A DNA stretch of 64,000 nt from Gemmatimonadales bacterium (GTDB taxonomy: Bacteria > Gemmatimonadota > Gemmatimonadetes > Gemmatimonadales > GWC2-71-9). How positions within the stretch are numbered: the first letter of the stretch is position 1; each line of letters opens with the position of its first letter. Positions 1 through 11,205 of this stretch are shown here, one piece after another. A program made the translations under genes and the position numbers. The notes under the pieces are model-generated. The model was not told where the DNA came from and did no database searches. It saw only the letters and a list, made by a program, of their open reading frames with translations. The stretch covers positions 704,001 to 768,000 of the forward strand of contig JBBCJC010000003.1 of assembly GCA_037189525.1 (NCBI GenBank), written 5' to 3'.

Positions 1-2
1 GG

Positions 3-170
3 TTGCAGGGCGAGTTCGGGCTCACCGACGTGTACTGCGGCGTGCCGTGTAAGCTGGGGAGGGGTGGTTTGGAGCAGATCATCGATGTGACGCTGACCGA
101 GCAGGAACGAAAGGACCTGCACGCTTCGGCCGAGCAGGTGCGATCGCTCCAGGCCCTCGTCGGACTTTGA
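3..170 (+). CDS. mdh: Malate dehydrogenase, C-terminal fragment (truncated by window start)
   Basis: Manual translation from position 3 gives LQGEFGLTDVYCGVPCKLGRGGLEQIIDVTL...GL*, typical of an LDH-like MDH C-terminus. Its stop overlaps the sdhC ATG (TGATG). Confidence 0.8.
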   Translation: MQGEFGLTDVYCGVPCKLGRGGLEQIIDVTLTEQERKDLHASAEQVRSLQALVGL

Positions 171-859
171 TGGCGGCGGGCGCGCACGCTGCGCCGGCGG
201 GGAACTGGCTGATCCGGTTCTACGCCTCGACCATCGGTCGCAAGATCGTGATGGCGCTCACCGGGGTCATCCTGGTGGGCTTCATCACGCTGCATATGGC
301 CGGCAACCTGCTCATGTTCCGCGGACAGCAGGCCATGAACGACTACGCGCATTTCCTCCAGAGCAACCTGCCGTTGCTCTGGACCACGCGTATCGTGCTC
401 CTGATCGCCACCATCTTTCACGTCCATTCCGCCTTCACGCTGACCCGGCTGTCCCGGATGGCTCGGCCGGCGCGGTATGCGGGCCTCAAATCGCAGGCGG
501 CCACCTGGTCGGCGCGGACGATGCGGGCAGGCGGCGTTCTGCTGCTCGTCTTCATCGTCTTTCACATCCTGCACTTCACCACCGGGACGGTGCTCGCTGC
601 GCAGTTCGTGCGCGGTGAGGCGTATCAGAACGTGGTGCGCAGCTTTTCGATTGTCTGGGTCGCGGTGTTTTACGTCGTCGCGATGGTAGCGCTGGCTTTT
701 CACCTCCATCACGGGATCTGGAGCCTGTTCCAGACCGTGGGAGCCAACCATCCCAATCTCAATCCCGTCCGGCGGAAGCTGGCCTGGTTCCTTTCGATTG
801 CGGTACCCGTCGGCTTTGCGGCGGTACCGCTGGCGATCGTCTTCGGGATGGTTCGGTAA
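170..859 (+). CDS. sdhC: Succinate dehydrogenase cytochrome b558 subunit (single-subunit, b558 family)
   Basis: [25 protein letters not shown] and HLHHG heme-ligand histidines; about 5 TM helices; lies upstream of sdhA. Confidence 0.92.
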   Translation: MAAGAHAAPAGNWLIRFYASTIGRKIVMALTGVILVGFITLHMAGNLLMFRGQQAMNDYAHFLQSNLPLLWTTRIVLLIATIFHVHSAFTLTRLSRMARPARYAGLKSQAATWSARTMRAGGVLLLVFIVFHILHFTTGTVLAAQFVRGEAYQNVVRSFSIVWVAVFYVVAMVALAFHLHHGIWSLFQTVGANHPNLNPVRRKLAWFLSIAVPVGFAAVPLAIVFGMVR

Positions 860-864
860 TTGAC

Positions 865-2778
<1,914 letters not shown>

Positions 2779-2781
2779 CCG

Positions 2782-3555
2782 ATGCGAATTACTCTGAAAG
2801 TCTGGCGGCAGGAAGGCCCCGAGAGCGCGGGCCGGTTCGAGACCTATCTCGCCAACGACGTCAGTCCCGATATGTCGTTCCTCGAGATGATGGACGTCGT
2901 CAACGAAGATCTGATCGAGGGGGGACGCGACCCGATCGCGTTCGATCACGATTGCCGCGAAGGCATCTGCGGCATGTGCAGCATGGTGATCGACGGCGTG
3001 CCGCATGGCCCGCACAAAGCGACTACGACCTGCCAGCTCCACATGCGCTCGTTCTCCGACGGCGACACCGTGACGGTCGAGCCGTTTCGGGCCCGCGGGT
3101 TTCCCATCGTGCGCGATCTGGCCGTCGATCGCTCAGCGCTCGATCGGATCATTCAGGCGGGCGGGTACGTCAGCGTCGCGACCGGGAATGCGCCGGATGC
3201 GAACGTCATCCCCATCTCCAAAGAGTTGGCCGACCGGGCCATGGACGTGGCCCAGTGCATTGGCTGCGGCGCGTGCGTCGCGGCTTGTCCCAACGCCAGC
3301 GCCATGCTGTTCGTTGGCGCCAAGGTCAGCCATCTGGGCCTCTTGCCCCAAGGCCAGCCCGAGCGGTACCGGCGGACACTGGCCATGGTGACGCAGATGG
3401 ATATCGAAGACTTCGGCGGCTGCAGTAACTTCGGTGAATGCGAGGCTGCCTGCCCGAAGGAGATCGGGATATGGGCGATTGCCCGGATGAACGCCGACTT
3501 CGTCAAAGCGGCGGCATCGGCGCGCAACGAGATCTCGGGCAGCGACGGCGTTTAG
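2782..3555 (+). CDS. sdhB: Succinate dehydrogenase iron-sulfur subunit
   Basis: [21 protein letters not shown] and [12 protein letters not shown]e-S motifs. Confidence 0.96.
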   Translation: MRITLKVWRQEGPESAGRFETYLANDVSPDMSFLEMMDVVNEDLIEGGRDPIAFDHDCREGICGMCSMVIDGVPHGPHKATTTCQLHMRSFSDGDTVTVEPFRARGFPIVRDLAVDRSALDRIIQAGGYVSVATGNAPDANVIPISKELADRAMDVAQCIGCGACVAACPNASAMLFVGAKVSHLGLLPQGQPERYRRTLAMVTQMDIEDFGGCSNFGECEAACPKEIGIWAIARMNADFVKAAASARNEISGSDGV

Positions 3556-3557
3556 TC

Positions 3558-4751
3558 GTGCCTCCGGTCCGGCTGCCGGCGATCATCGGGCTCCTGATGA
3601 TCGCCGGGGCCGCTCTGGGCTGTTCCCGCTCACCGACCGACCCTGATCCGGACCCGGATCCCGATCCGGATCTCTCCCGCGAGCCAGAGCTCGTCGCCAC
3701 CGTTCCGATCCCGCCAGAATACGGCATTCACGATACCTACGTTCGCGACGGACTGGCGTTCGTGTCCGCGTGGAATACCGGACTCATCATCTTCGACGTG
3801 GGCGACGGCCGGCGGGGCGGATCGCCCTCTCGTCCGGTCGAGGTGAGCCGGATCGTGCCGAGCGGTAACGGCGTTCCCGGCGGGCCGGCGGTCCACAACG
3901 CCTGGTGGTTCCACAATCCGGTCTCGGGGGAGAAGCGCTACGTCTTCGTCGGGCAGGAAGGGCCGGGAACGCTCTTCTCCTCCGCGTCGGGCGATCTCTA
4001 CGTTATCGATGTCTCCGATCTGTCCCAGCCCAGGGAGGTCGCCTCGCTGCGCATTCCCGGCGCTGGCGTCCACAATTTTTGGATGGATGAGGCCCGCCAG
4101 GTCCTCTATGCGGCGTGGTACAACGCCGGCGTGGTCGCCATCGACGTGTCGGGAACGCTGTCCGGTGATCTCAGCAACCGGATCATCGCCCGGACCACGG
4201 CGGGCGGGGCGATCGGTAGCTACGTATGGGGCGTGATGCTCGCCAACGGGTCGCTCTGGGTCAACGACATGGTCGACGGGTTCGGACGGCTCGATCCGGT
4301 CTCGCTGGCGCTGCAGGGCGGCGGGCGCAACGTGAGCAACCGCTGGGGCTCGGACCTCTGGATTCACGGGGAGTACGCCTACACCGGTACCTGGGGAGGC
4401 ACCGCGCGCAACGGGACCGGCTTTGGCGATGTCGTCAACATCTGGCGTATTACGGGAAGTGGCGCGCCGGTGCTGGCGGACTCGCTGCGCATTGCCGACG
4501 TGCGGACCGTCAGCGACCTCGAGGTGAGCGACGACGGACGGACCCTGGTCGTCACGACCGAGCGGCTTTCCGGGGCCGGGTTTCAGGTCTACGACCTGGC
4601 GAATCCTGCGAAGCCCGTCCTGCAGGCCAGCGTGCCCGTGGTGTCGGGGTTGCACACCGGTTCGCTGGCTCGCATCGGGGGCCAGCTCTATCTCTTTGCC
4701 GCAAGAAACCCGCCCGATCCCGCGTTGCTGGTCTACCGGTTGACCCGCTGA
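3558..4751 (+). CDS. LVIVD-repeat beta-propeller lipoprotein
   Basis: Probable GTG start 2 nt after the sdhB stop; signal peptide ending in lipobox ALGC; repeats GLIIFDV, LYVIDVSD, VVAIDVS, FQVYDLANP. Confidence 0.7.
   Translation: MPPVRLPAIIGLLMIAGAALGCSRSPTDPDPDPDPDPDLSREPELVATVPIPPEYGIHDTYVRDGLAFVSAWNTGLIIFDVGDGRRGGSPSRPVEVSRIVPSGNGVPGGPAVHNAWWFHNPVSGEKRYVFVGQEGPGTLFSSASGDLYVIDVSDLSQPREVASLRIPGAGVHNFWMDEARQVLYAAWYNAGVVAIDVSGTLSGDLSNRIIARTTAGGAIGSYVWGVMLANGSLWVNDMVDGFGRLDPVSLALQGGGRNVSNRWGSDLWIHGEYAYTGTWGGTARNGTGFGDVVNIWRITGSGAPVLADSLRIADVRTVSDLEVSDDGRTLVVTTERLSGAGFQVYDLANPAKPVLQASVPVVSGLHTGSLARIGGQLYLFAARNPPDPALLVYRLTR
3638..3671 (+). repeat. Degenerate hexamer repeat encoding a (DP)n linker
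   Basis: Sequence gaccctgatccggacccggatcccgatccggat encodes DPDPDPDPDPD just after the lipobox Cys. Confidence 0.75.
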
Positions 4752-4757
4752 GGCCGG

Positions 4758-5510
4758 TTAGCCCAGGTAGTGAGGCAGCATCTTCCGCCACCAGGGCCAG
4801 TCGTGGTCGACATCGTGGCCCCAGAGGTCCAGCGTGTGGGGGATTTCCTTCTGGCGCAGCAGCGCGGAAAACCGGCGTGAACAGTCGGGCGCTTCGTAGG
4901 CGCCCTGGCCGGTGACCAGCACGATCCGGCAGTCGGTCCGCAGCCGATGCAGGTCGTCGCCGCCCAAGTCTCGCAGAAACCACGACGGATTGTTGAAGTA
5001 GCAGTTCTCATCCGAGTAGCCGCGCAAGTAGTCGGGTGCTAAATCGTAGAACCCGCTCATCGCGATCAGCCCGCCGAACAACTGGGGCCGGCGGAACACG
5101 GCATTGGCGGCGTGGAAGGCGCCGAAGCTCGCGCCGGATGCAATGGGCCGGACCGACGCATCGCCGACCGCCGTACGGATCCAGGGCACGACTTCATCTT
5201 CGACATAGCGCGAATAGAGCGCCTGCCGGCGGGCCTGTTCTCTCACCGGCAGGGAACGATCCATCCAGGCATACCGGTTGATGCTCTCGATCGAGATCAC
5301 CCGGATGCGTCCCGCCATGATGGCCGGTTCGACCGACTTGATGAGGAAGAACCGTTCGCACTCTAGGTAGTCGGCGGCGGCGGTCGGAAACAGCAGCACC
5401 GGATGGCCGCTATGGCCATACGATACGAGCGGCATCTCGAGGCCAAGGGCCGGACTGTGCCACGAGACCAGGGCTCGCGGCATGGCGGGGTCGATATACT
5501 GATAGTTCAT
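4758..5510 (-). CDS. Putative esterase (alpha/beta hydrolase)
   Basis: YGHSGHPVLLFPT, nucleophile elbow GASFGA, and C-terminal DVDHDWPWW with the catalytic His. An alternative start exists at 5483. Confidence 0.8.
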   Translation of the reverse strand: MNYQYIDPAMPRALVSWHSPALGLEMPLVSYGHSGHPVLLFPTAAADYLECERFFLIKSVEPAIMAGRIRVISIESINRYAWMDRSLPVREQARRQALYSRYVEDEVVPWIRTAVGDASVRPIASGASFGAFHAANAVFRRPQLFGGLIAMSGFYDLAPDYLRGYSDENCYFNNPSWFLRDLGGDDLHRLRTDCRIVLVTGQGAYEAPDCSRRFSALLRQKEIPHTLDLWGHDVDHDWPWWRKMLPHYLG

Positions 5511-5523
5511 ACCCGGTGCTCGT

Positions 5524-6102
5524 TTAGAGTCGTGGCAGTGTGACGCCCTTCTGGCCCTGATACTTCCCGGCTTTGTCCCGATAACTGGTCTCGCACACGT
5601 CGTCCTCGTCCGCCTCGAAGAAGAGCACCTGGCAGATGCCCTCGTTGGCGTAGACCCGGGCGGGCAGGGGCGTCGTGTTGGAAATTTCGAGGGTGACGTG
5701 CCCTTCCCATTCCGGTTCGAACGGCGTCACGTTCGTGATGATGCCGCAGCGGGCATAGGTCGATTTGCCGACGCAGATCGTCAGCACGTTCCGGGGAATC
5801 CGGAAGTATTCGATCGACCGGGCCAGGGCAAAGCTGTTGGGCGGGACGATGCAGACGTCACCCTCGAATTCGACCAGGCTCCGGGAATCGAATTCCTTGG
5901 GGTCGACGACGGCCGACAGCACGTTGGTGAAGATCTTGAACTCCGGGGCGACCCGCATGTCGTACCCGTAGGACGAGACACCGTAGGAGATGACCTTCCG
6001 GCCCTGGGCGTCGACCTGGCGGACCTGGTTCTCGACGAAGGGCTCGATCATGTGGTACTCGGCAGCCATCCGGCGAATCCACCGGTCGGACTTGATGGAC
6101 AT
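5524..6102 (-). CDS. dcd: dCTP deaminase
   Basis: [29 protein letters not shown] and YANEGICQ motifs. Confidence 0.96.
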   Translation of the reverse strand: MSIKSDRWIRRMAAEYHMIEPFVENQVRQVDAQGRKVISYGVSSYGYDMRVAPEFKIFTNVLSAVVDPKEFDSRSLVEFEGDVCIVPPNSFALARSIEYFRIPRNVLTICVGKSTYARCGIITNVTPFEPEWEGHVTLEISNTTPLPARVYANEGICQVLFFEADEDDVCETSYRDKAGKYQGQKGVTLPRL

Positions 6103-6347
6103 CCGTCAGTATTTCCATGTCAAAGGGGGGATTGGGCGTCCTGCGGGTTCGCACGTCGCAGCCGCCGAGGGAAGGAATATAGCCATGGGAATTGGCCGCG
6201 GGACCCGTCGGGATTTCGCGCGATGGAGGAACCCGGCACGAGGGCTGCGGAATCGGATTGGGGCGGGGCCGTTCAAAGGCTAGGAATTGAGTCGGGATTG
6301 ACGGTGTAAACCCGTTCTGTGTCACAAGTTAAAGCCCCGGCCTCGGG

Positions 6348-6376
6348 TTGAAGTCGCCCGGTCGTCCGGTTAGATT
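6348..6376 (+). promoter_or_regulatory. Putative sigma70 promoter of the nuo operon
   Basis: TTGAAG(6348-6353)-17 bp-TAGATT(6371-6376), about 80 nt upstream of nuoA. Confidence 0.5.
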
Positions 6377-6386
6377 GCCAGGCTAT

Positions 6387-6406
6387 ATCGTGAATCTTTT
6401 CACGAT
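6387..6406. promoter_or_regulatory. Palindromic operator, Rex-like (also CRP-family-like)
   Basis: ATCGTGAA-TCTT-TTCACGAT has perfect 8-bp arms, resembles the Rex consensus TTGTGAAnnnnTTCACAA, and sits just downstream of the predicted -10. Confidence 0.65.
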
Positions 6407-6455
6407 GTTTCCGGCCGCGTGATTGCATCGAGAAGACCATCTAGCTCGGACGCCT

Positions 6456-6821
6456 ATGCTTCGGTCGTATTCTCCCCTCCTCATCCTGATCGCCTTCGTG
6501 GTGGCAAACGCGATCTTGATGCTCGGGGTGTCGCACATCTTCTCGACGTATCGTCGAACTGCCGTCAAAGTGGCGCCGTACGAGTCGGGTATCCCGGCCT
6601 TGGGCGACACCCGTGAACGCTTCTCGGTCAAGTTCTATCTGGTCGCGATGCTGTTCATCATCTTCGATATCGAAGCCGTCTTTCTGATTCCCTGGGCCGT
6701 GGCGTTCAGCCAGTTCAAGGACATCACGGGGCTTCTGCTGATCGAGATTCTCGTCTTCCTCGGGATTCTCGGGATCGGCTACGTGTACGTGTGGAAGCGA
6801 GGTGCGTTGCAATGGGATTGA
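6456..6821 (+). CDS. nuoA: NADH-quinone oxidoreductase subunit A
   Basis: [24 protein letters not shown] and WKRGALQW motifs; ATG at 6456. Confidence 0.95.
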   Translation: MLRSYSPLLILIAFVVANAILMLGVSHIFSTYRRTAVKVAPYESGIPALGDTRERFSVKFYLVAMLFIIFDIEAVFLIPWAVAFSQFKDITGLLLIEILVFLGILGIGYVYVWKRGALQWD

Positions 6822-7429
6822 CACTACCGGCGGGGCATGACACGACGGAGTTGCCGGGCGAATCTCCCAACTACGTCGCGACCCGGCTCGATTTCCTGGT
6901 CAACTGGGCCCGGTCCAATTCCTTGTGGCCGATGCCGTTCGGCACGGCCTGCTGCGCCATCGAGTTCATGGCGACGGCGGCCGGGCGGTTCGATCTGGCC
7001 CGGTTCGGGATGGAGCGGCAGAGCTTCTCGCCGCGCCAGGCAGACGTGCTGATCTGCGCCGGGCGGTTGCCGTTCAAGCTGGCGCCGATCATCCGGCGGG
7101 TCTGGGATCAGATGCCGCAGCCCAAGTGGTCGATTTCGATGGGCGCCTGCGCATCGAGCGGCGGGATCTTCGACACCTATTCGATGGTGCAGGGCATCGA
7201 CACGATCATTCCGGTCGACGTCTACGTGCCGGGCTGCCCGCCCCGTCCCGAAGGGTTGCTCTACGGGATCATGCTGCTCCAGAAGAAGATCATGGGCGAG
7301 GCGATGAAGGACCCGTCGCTGCGGCAGGAGTTCCTGGTCAACGACAAGGGCTTCTACATCCCGCCGGCCAAGATCGATGAGGTCTCGGAGCCGTTCGGCA
7401 ACTCGGTCCATCAGACCCGCTCCGCATGA
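6812..7429 (+). CDS. nuoB: NADH-quinone oxidoreductase subunit B
   Basis: [24 protein letters not shown] and VPGCPPRPE motifs. Confidence 0.96.
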   Translation: MGLTLPAGHDTTELPGESPNYVATRLDFLVNWARSNSLWPMPFGTACCAIEFMATAAGRFDLARFGMERQSFSPRQADVLICAGRLPFKLAPIIRRVWDQMPQPKWSISMGACASSGGIFDTYSMVQGIDTIIPVDVYVPGCPPRPEGLLYGIMLLQKKIMGEAMKDPSLRQEFLVNDKGFYIPPAKIDEVSEPFGNSVHQTRSA

Positions 7430-8052
7430 CGCTCGCTCAGTCACTCGCGTCCACGGTCGACGCGCTGCGTGCCGAGTTCGGCTCGGCGATTCTGTACGAC
7501 ACCACGAGCTGCGGCGATACGATCGTGGGGGTCGAGGCGTCGCGTTCGCACGATGTGCTGGCCTGGCTCAAGCAGACGCCAGGGCAGGACTTCGACTATC
7601 TGACCGACATCACGGCGGTCGACTATCGCGATCCCGAGTTTCCGCTCGAGGTCGTCTACCAGCTGCGCTCGCTGGCGCGCAAGGTCGACCTGCGGGTCAA
7701 GGTGCCGCTCGACAAGGACGGCGTGCTGGCGGTGCGCTCGGTCTGGGATCTCTGGAAAGGGTGCAACTGGCTGGAGCGTGAGGTGTACGACATGTTCGGC
7801 ATCCGCTTCGACGGTCATCCCGACCTGCGCCGGATCCTGATGTGGGACACCTACGCCGAAGGGCACCCGCTGCGTAAGGACTTTCCGCTGCGCGGCAACT
7901 TTACCCGGGCCGAGCAGACCCGCCAGGCGCTGGCGGCCAACCCGGAAGCGCACTACTCGCTCGAAGAGCTCTCGATCGTCGACGCCTTCGACGAGTTGCC
8001 GGACGACATGAAACGGCGGCTTGCGGCCGGGAAGCGGGGAGAAGTCAGATGA
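7426..8052 (+). CDS. nuoC: NADH-quinone oxidoreductase subunit C
   Basis: [24 protein letters not shown] and GHPLRKDFP motifs. Confidence 0.96.
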   Translation: MTLAQSLASTVDALRAEFGSAILYDTTSCGDTIVGVEASRSHDVLAWLKQTPGQDFDYLTDITAVDYRDPEFPLEVVYQLRSLARKVDLRVKVPLDKDGVLAVRSVWDLWKGCNWLEREVYDMFGIRFDGHPDLRRILMWDTYAEGHPLRKDFPLRGNFTRAEQTRQALAANPEAHYSLEELSIVDAFDELPDDMKRRLAAGKRGEVR

Positions 8053-9335
8053 CGACGCGTACGCTCGAAGTCGCCCTCTCGACGCCCAGTCTCGATCCGC
8101 AGGGGCGGCCGGTCCAGGTGCCGCTCGGTGTCGAGCGCCAATCCTCCGGCGACGACCTCGGCGCGGAGCACATGCTGGTCAACATCGGCCCGCAGCATCC
8201 GGCCACGCACGGCGTGTTGCGGCTGGTGCTCGAGCTCGACGGCGAAACCGTGATCCGGTGTATCCCGCACGTCGGGTACCTGCACTCCGGGTTCGAGAAG
8301 CTCGCCGAGTACCGGCACTACAATCAGATCATCCCGCTGACCGATCGGACCGACTACCTCTCGCCGATGGCCAACAACGTCTGTCTGGCGCTGGCGGCCG
8401 AGAAGCTGATGGGGATCGAGATCACGGAGCGCTGCCAGGTGCTTCGGGTCATCGCGTGCGAAATGAGCCGGATCATCTCGCACATCGTCTGGCTGGGCAC
8501 CACCGGCATCGATCTCGGCGCCTTTACCCCGTTCCTCTGGCTCTTCTATCAGCGCGAGCGGATCTACAACCTGCAGGAAGCCTGGACCGGTGCGCGGCTG
8601 ACGACCAGTCTGACCCGGGTGGGCGGCATGCTGGCCGACATTCCGGAAGGCTGGGAAGCCGGACTCCGCCAGTTCTGCGAGACCTTCCCGAAGACGCTCG
8701 ACGAAGTCGATGCCGTGTTCAGCAAGAACTCGATCTGGTGCGGCCGGACACAGGGCGTCGGCGTCATCGGCGCCGAAGAAGCGATCAACTACTCGCTCTC
8801 CGGGCCGATGCTCCGGGCCAGCGGCGTGGCGTACGACGTGCGCAAGGACCGTCCGTACCTGGGGTACGAGGACTACGAGTTCGATGTGCCGGTCGGTGAG
8901 CACGGCGACATCTACGACCGCTACATGCTGCGGCTCGAGGAGATGTACCAGTCAACCCGGATCCTCTCGCAGGCGCTCGACAAGCTGGCGCGCCTCAAGG
9001 GAGCGCCGCTCAATGCCGAGGATCCCCGGGTCATCCTGCCGCCCAAGTCGGCGGCGATGAGCGACATGGAAGCCATGATCTATCACTTCAAGCAGGTGAT
9101 GGAAGGGGTCGCCGCGCCGGCGGGCGAGGCCTACATGGGGATCGAGAATCCCAAGGGTGAGCTGGGCTACTACTTCGTGTCGGACGGAACCGCCAAGCCG
9201 GTGCGCTGGCGGATCCGGCCGCCGTCGTTCATCAACCTGGCCTGTCTGCCGCGGCTCTGCGAAGGGTCGCTCCTGGCGGACGTCATTGCCATCAACGCGA
9301 GTGTCGACATCGTGATGGGAGAGATCGACCGATGA
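8049..9335 (+). CDS. nuoD: NADH-quinone oxidoreductase subunit D
   Basis: GPQHPATHGVLR, GYLHSG, ENPKGELG and DIVMGEIDR motifs. Confidence 0.96.
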   Translation: MTTRTLEVALSTPSLDPQGRPVQVPLGVERQSSGDDLGAEHMLVNIGPQHPATHGVLRLVLELDGETVIRCIPHVGYLHSGFEKLAEYRHYNQIIPLTDRTDYLSPMANNVCLALAAEKLMGIEITERCQVLRVIACEMSRIISHIVWLGTTGIDLGAFTPFLWLFYQRERIYNLQEAWTGARLTTSLTRVGGMLADIPEGWEAGLRQFCETFPKTLDEVDAVFSKNSIWCGRTQGVGVIGAEEAINYSLSGPMLRASGVAYDVRKDRPYLGYEDYEFDVPVGEHGDIYDRYMLRLEEMYQSTRILSQALDKLARLKGAPLNAEDPRVILPPKSAAMSDMEAMIYHFKQVMEGVAAPAGEAYMGIENPKGELGYYFVSDGTAKPVRWRIRPPSFINLACLPRLCEGSLLADVIAINASVDIVMGEIDR

Positions 9336-9898
9336 GCGCTCCCGGTTCTCGGCCCGTGCTGCATCAGCTGGGCGGCGTGGCTTCGGGGCATGGCCATGGA
9401 CACGGGCATGCGGAGCAACCGTATGCGCCGGTGTTCGTCGGCGACGCGCTGGCCGAACTCCAGGCTCTATTCCCGAAGTATCCCACCAAGCGGGCCTGTC
9501 TGTTGCCGGCGCTCTGGATCGTGCAGGAGCGGCGGGGCTGGATTTCACCGGAGGCCATCGACGAGATCGGCACGGTGCTCGAGTTGTCGCCGGCGTACAT
9601 CCGCGGGGTGGCGACGTTCTACACGATGTATCACTTGCATCCCGTCGGCCGGCACTTCATTCAGGTCTGCGGCACCTCGCCGTGCCACCTGTGCGGCTCG
9701 GACCAGGTGCTCGACGCCATCGTCCGCGAAACCGGCTGCGGCGAAGTCGGGGCGACCAGCGCCGACGGCCGGTTCACGGTCGTCGAGGTCGAGTGTCTGG
9801 GCGCCTGCGGTTTTGCGACGCCGGTGCTGATCGATGATGACTTCCACGACAGCGTCACGCCGGAGCAAGTGCCCGGCTTGCTGGCGAGGTATTCCTAA
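9332..9898 (+). CDS. nuoE: NADH-quinone oxidoreductase subunit E
   Basis: VATFYTM, VCGTSPC and VECLGAC 2Fe-2S ligands. Confidence 0.94.
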   Translation: MSAPGSRPVLHQLGGVASGHGHGHGHAEQPYAPVFVGDALAELQALFPKYPTKRACLLPALWIVQERRGWISPEAIDEIGTVLELSPAYIRGVATFYTMYHLHPVGRHFIQVCGTSPCHLCGSDQVLDAIVRETGCGEVGATSADGRFTVVEVECLGACGFATPVLIDDDFHDSVTPEQVPGLLARYS

Positions 9899-11205
9899 TG
9901 GGTTATCCGCATCGTCCGCATGCCAAGGAGACGGTCGTCCTGTCCGAATACTTCGGCGACGCCGAGGCGCGGACTTACGACGGCTGGGTCAAGCGGGGCG
10001 GCTATCAGGCGCTCAAGAAGGCGCTGGGCATGACGCCCGACGCAATCATCGAGGAAATCAAAGCCTCGGGATTGCGCGGTCGCGGCGGCGCCGGCTTCCC
10101 GACCGGACTCAAGTGGAGCTTCATGCCGAAGGGCGACGGCAAGCCCCACTATCTCGTCTGCAATGCCGACGAGTCGGAGCCGGGCACGTTCAAAGACCGG
10201 GAAATCATGCGGTGGACGCCGCACCAGCTGATCGAAGGATGCGCCATCGGGGCGTATTCGATCGGGGCGGAGCGCTGCTACATCTACATTCGCGGCGAGT
10301 TCACCGAGCCGTGGCGGATCATGAATGCGGCGGTCGCCGAGGCGTATCAGAACGGCGCGTTGGGCGACAACGTCTTCGGGTCCGGCAAGCGGATCGACAT
10401 CGTGCTGCATCGCGGGGCGGGGGCGTACATCTGCGGTGAAGAGACCGCGATGATGAACTCGATCGAGGGACGGCGCGGCAATCCGCGGATCAAGCCGCCG
10501 TTTCCTGCGCAGGCCGGTCTGTTCGGGATGCCGACGACGATCAACAACGTCGAAACGCTGACGGCCACGAGCCACATCCTGAACCGTGGCGCGGCCTGGT
10601 ATAAAGGCCTCTGCCTCAACAATCCGAAGAGCACCGGGACCAAGCTGTTCTCGGTCTGCGGTCACGTGATGAAGCCCGGGAATTTCGAGATCACCATGGG
10701 CTTCCCGATGAAGGATCTGATCCACGATCTGGCCGGCGGAATGCGGCCGGGACGCCGGCTCAAGGCCGTCATTCCGGGTGGTTCGTCCGTGCCGATCATG
10801 ACGGCCGCGGAAGCCGAAGCGGCGCTCTGCGACTATGAGGGCATCATCGAGAAGGGCTCGATGCTCGGCTCGGCCGGTTTCATCGTGATGGATGACTCGG
10901 CCGATCTGGTCTACGAGATCTATCGGCTCGCCAAGTTCTATGCGCACGAGTCGTGTGCGCAGTGCACCCAGTGCCGGGAAGGGACGGCCTGGACCACCAA
11001 GATCCTGGAGCGGATCTTGAAGGGCGAGGGCAAGCCGTCCGATCTGGATCTGCTGCTCGACCTCTCGGATCAGATGACGGGTAAGACGATCTGCGTGTTG
11101 AGCGATTCCTGCGCAACGCCGATCGTCAGCGGCATCAAGAAGTTCCCGGAAGAATTCGAAGCGTACCTGAGTCGGGCCAAGGCGCCGGCCCTGGCGGCCG
11201 TATGA
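9898..11205 (+). CDS. nuoF: NADH-quinone oxidoreductase subunit F
   Basis: GLRGRGGAGFPTG, NADESEPGTFKDR, GAYICGEE and ESCAQCTQCREG motifs. Confidence 0.97.
   Translation: MGYPHRPHAKETVVLSEYFGDAEARTYDGWVKRGGYQALKKALGMTPDAIIEEIKASGLRGRGGAGFPTGLKWSFMPKGDGKPHYLVCNADESEPGTFKDREIMRWTPHQLIEGCAIGAYSIGAERCYIYIRGEFTEPWRIMNAAVAEAYQNGALGDNVFGSGKRIDIVLHRGAGAYICGEETAMMNSIEGRRGNPRIKPPFPAQAGLFGMPTTINNVETLTATSHILNRGAAWYKGLCLNNPKSTGTKLFSVCGHVMKPGNFEITMGFPMKDLIHDLAGGMRPGRRLKAVIPGGSSVPIMTAAEAEAALCDYEGIIEKGSMLGSAGFIVMDDSADLVYEIYRLAKFYAHESCAQCTQCREGTAWTTKILERILKGEGKPSDLDLLLDLSDQMTGKTICVLSDSCATPIVSGIKKFPEEFEAYLSRAKAPALAAV

Noticed and set aside
3638..3671. CRISPR array or contingency microsatellite
   Set aside because: It is a short, codon-degenerate repeat encoding a DP linker, with no spacers or cas genes. 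No CRISPR array was seen anywhere in the window.
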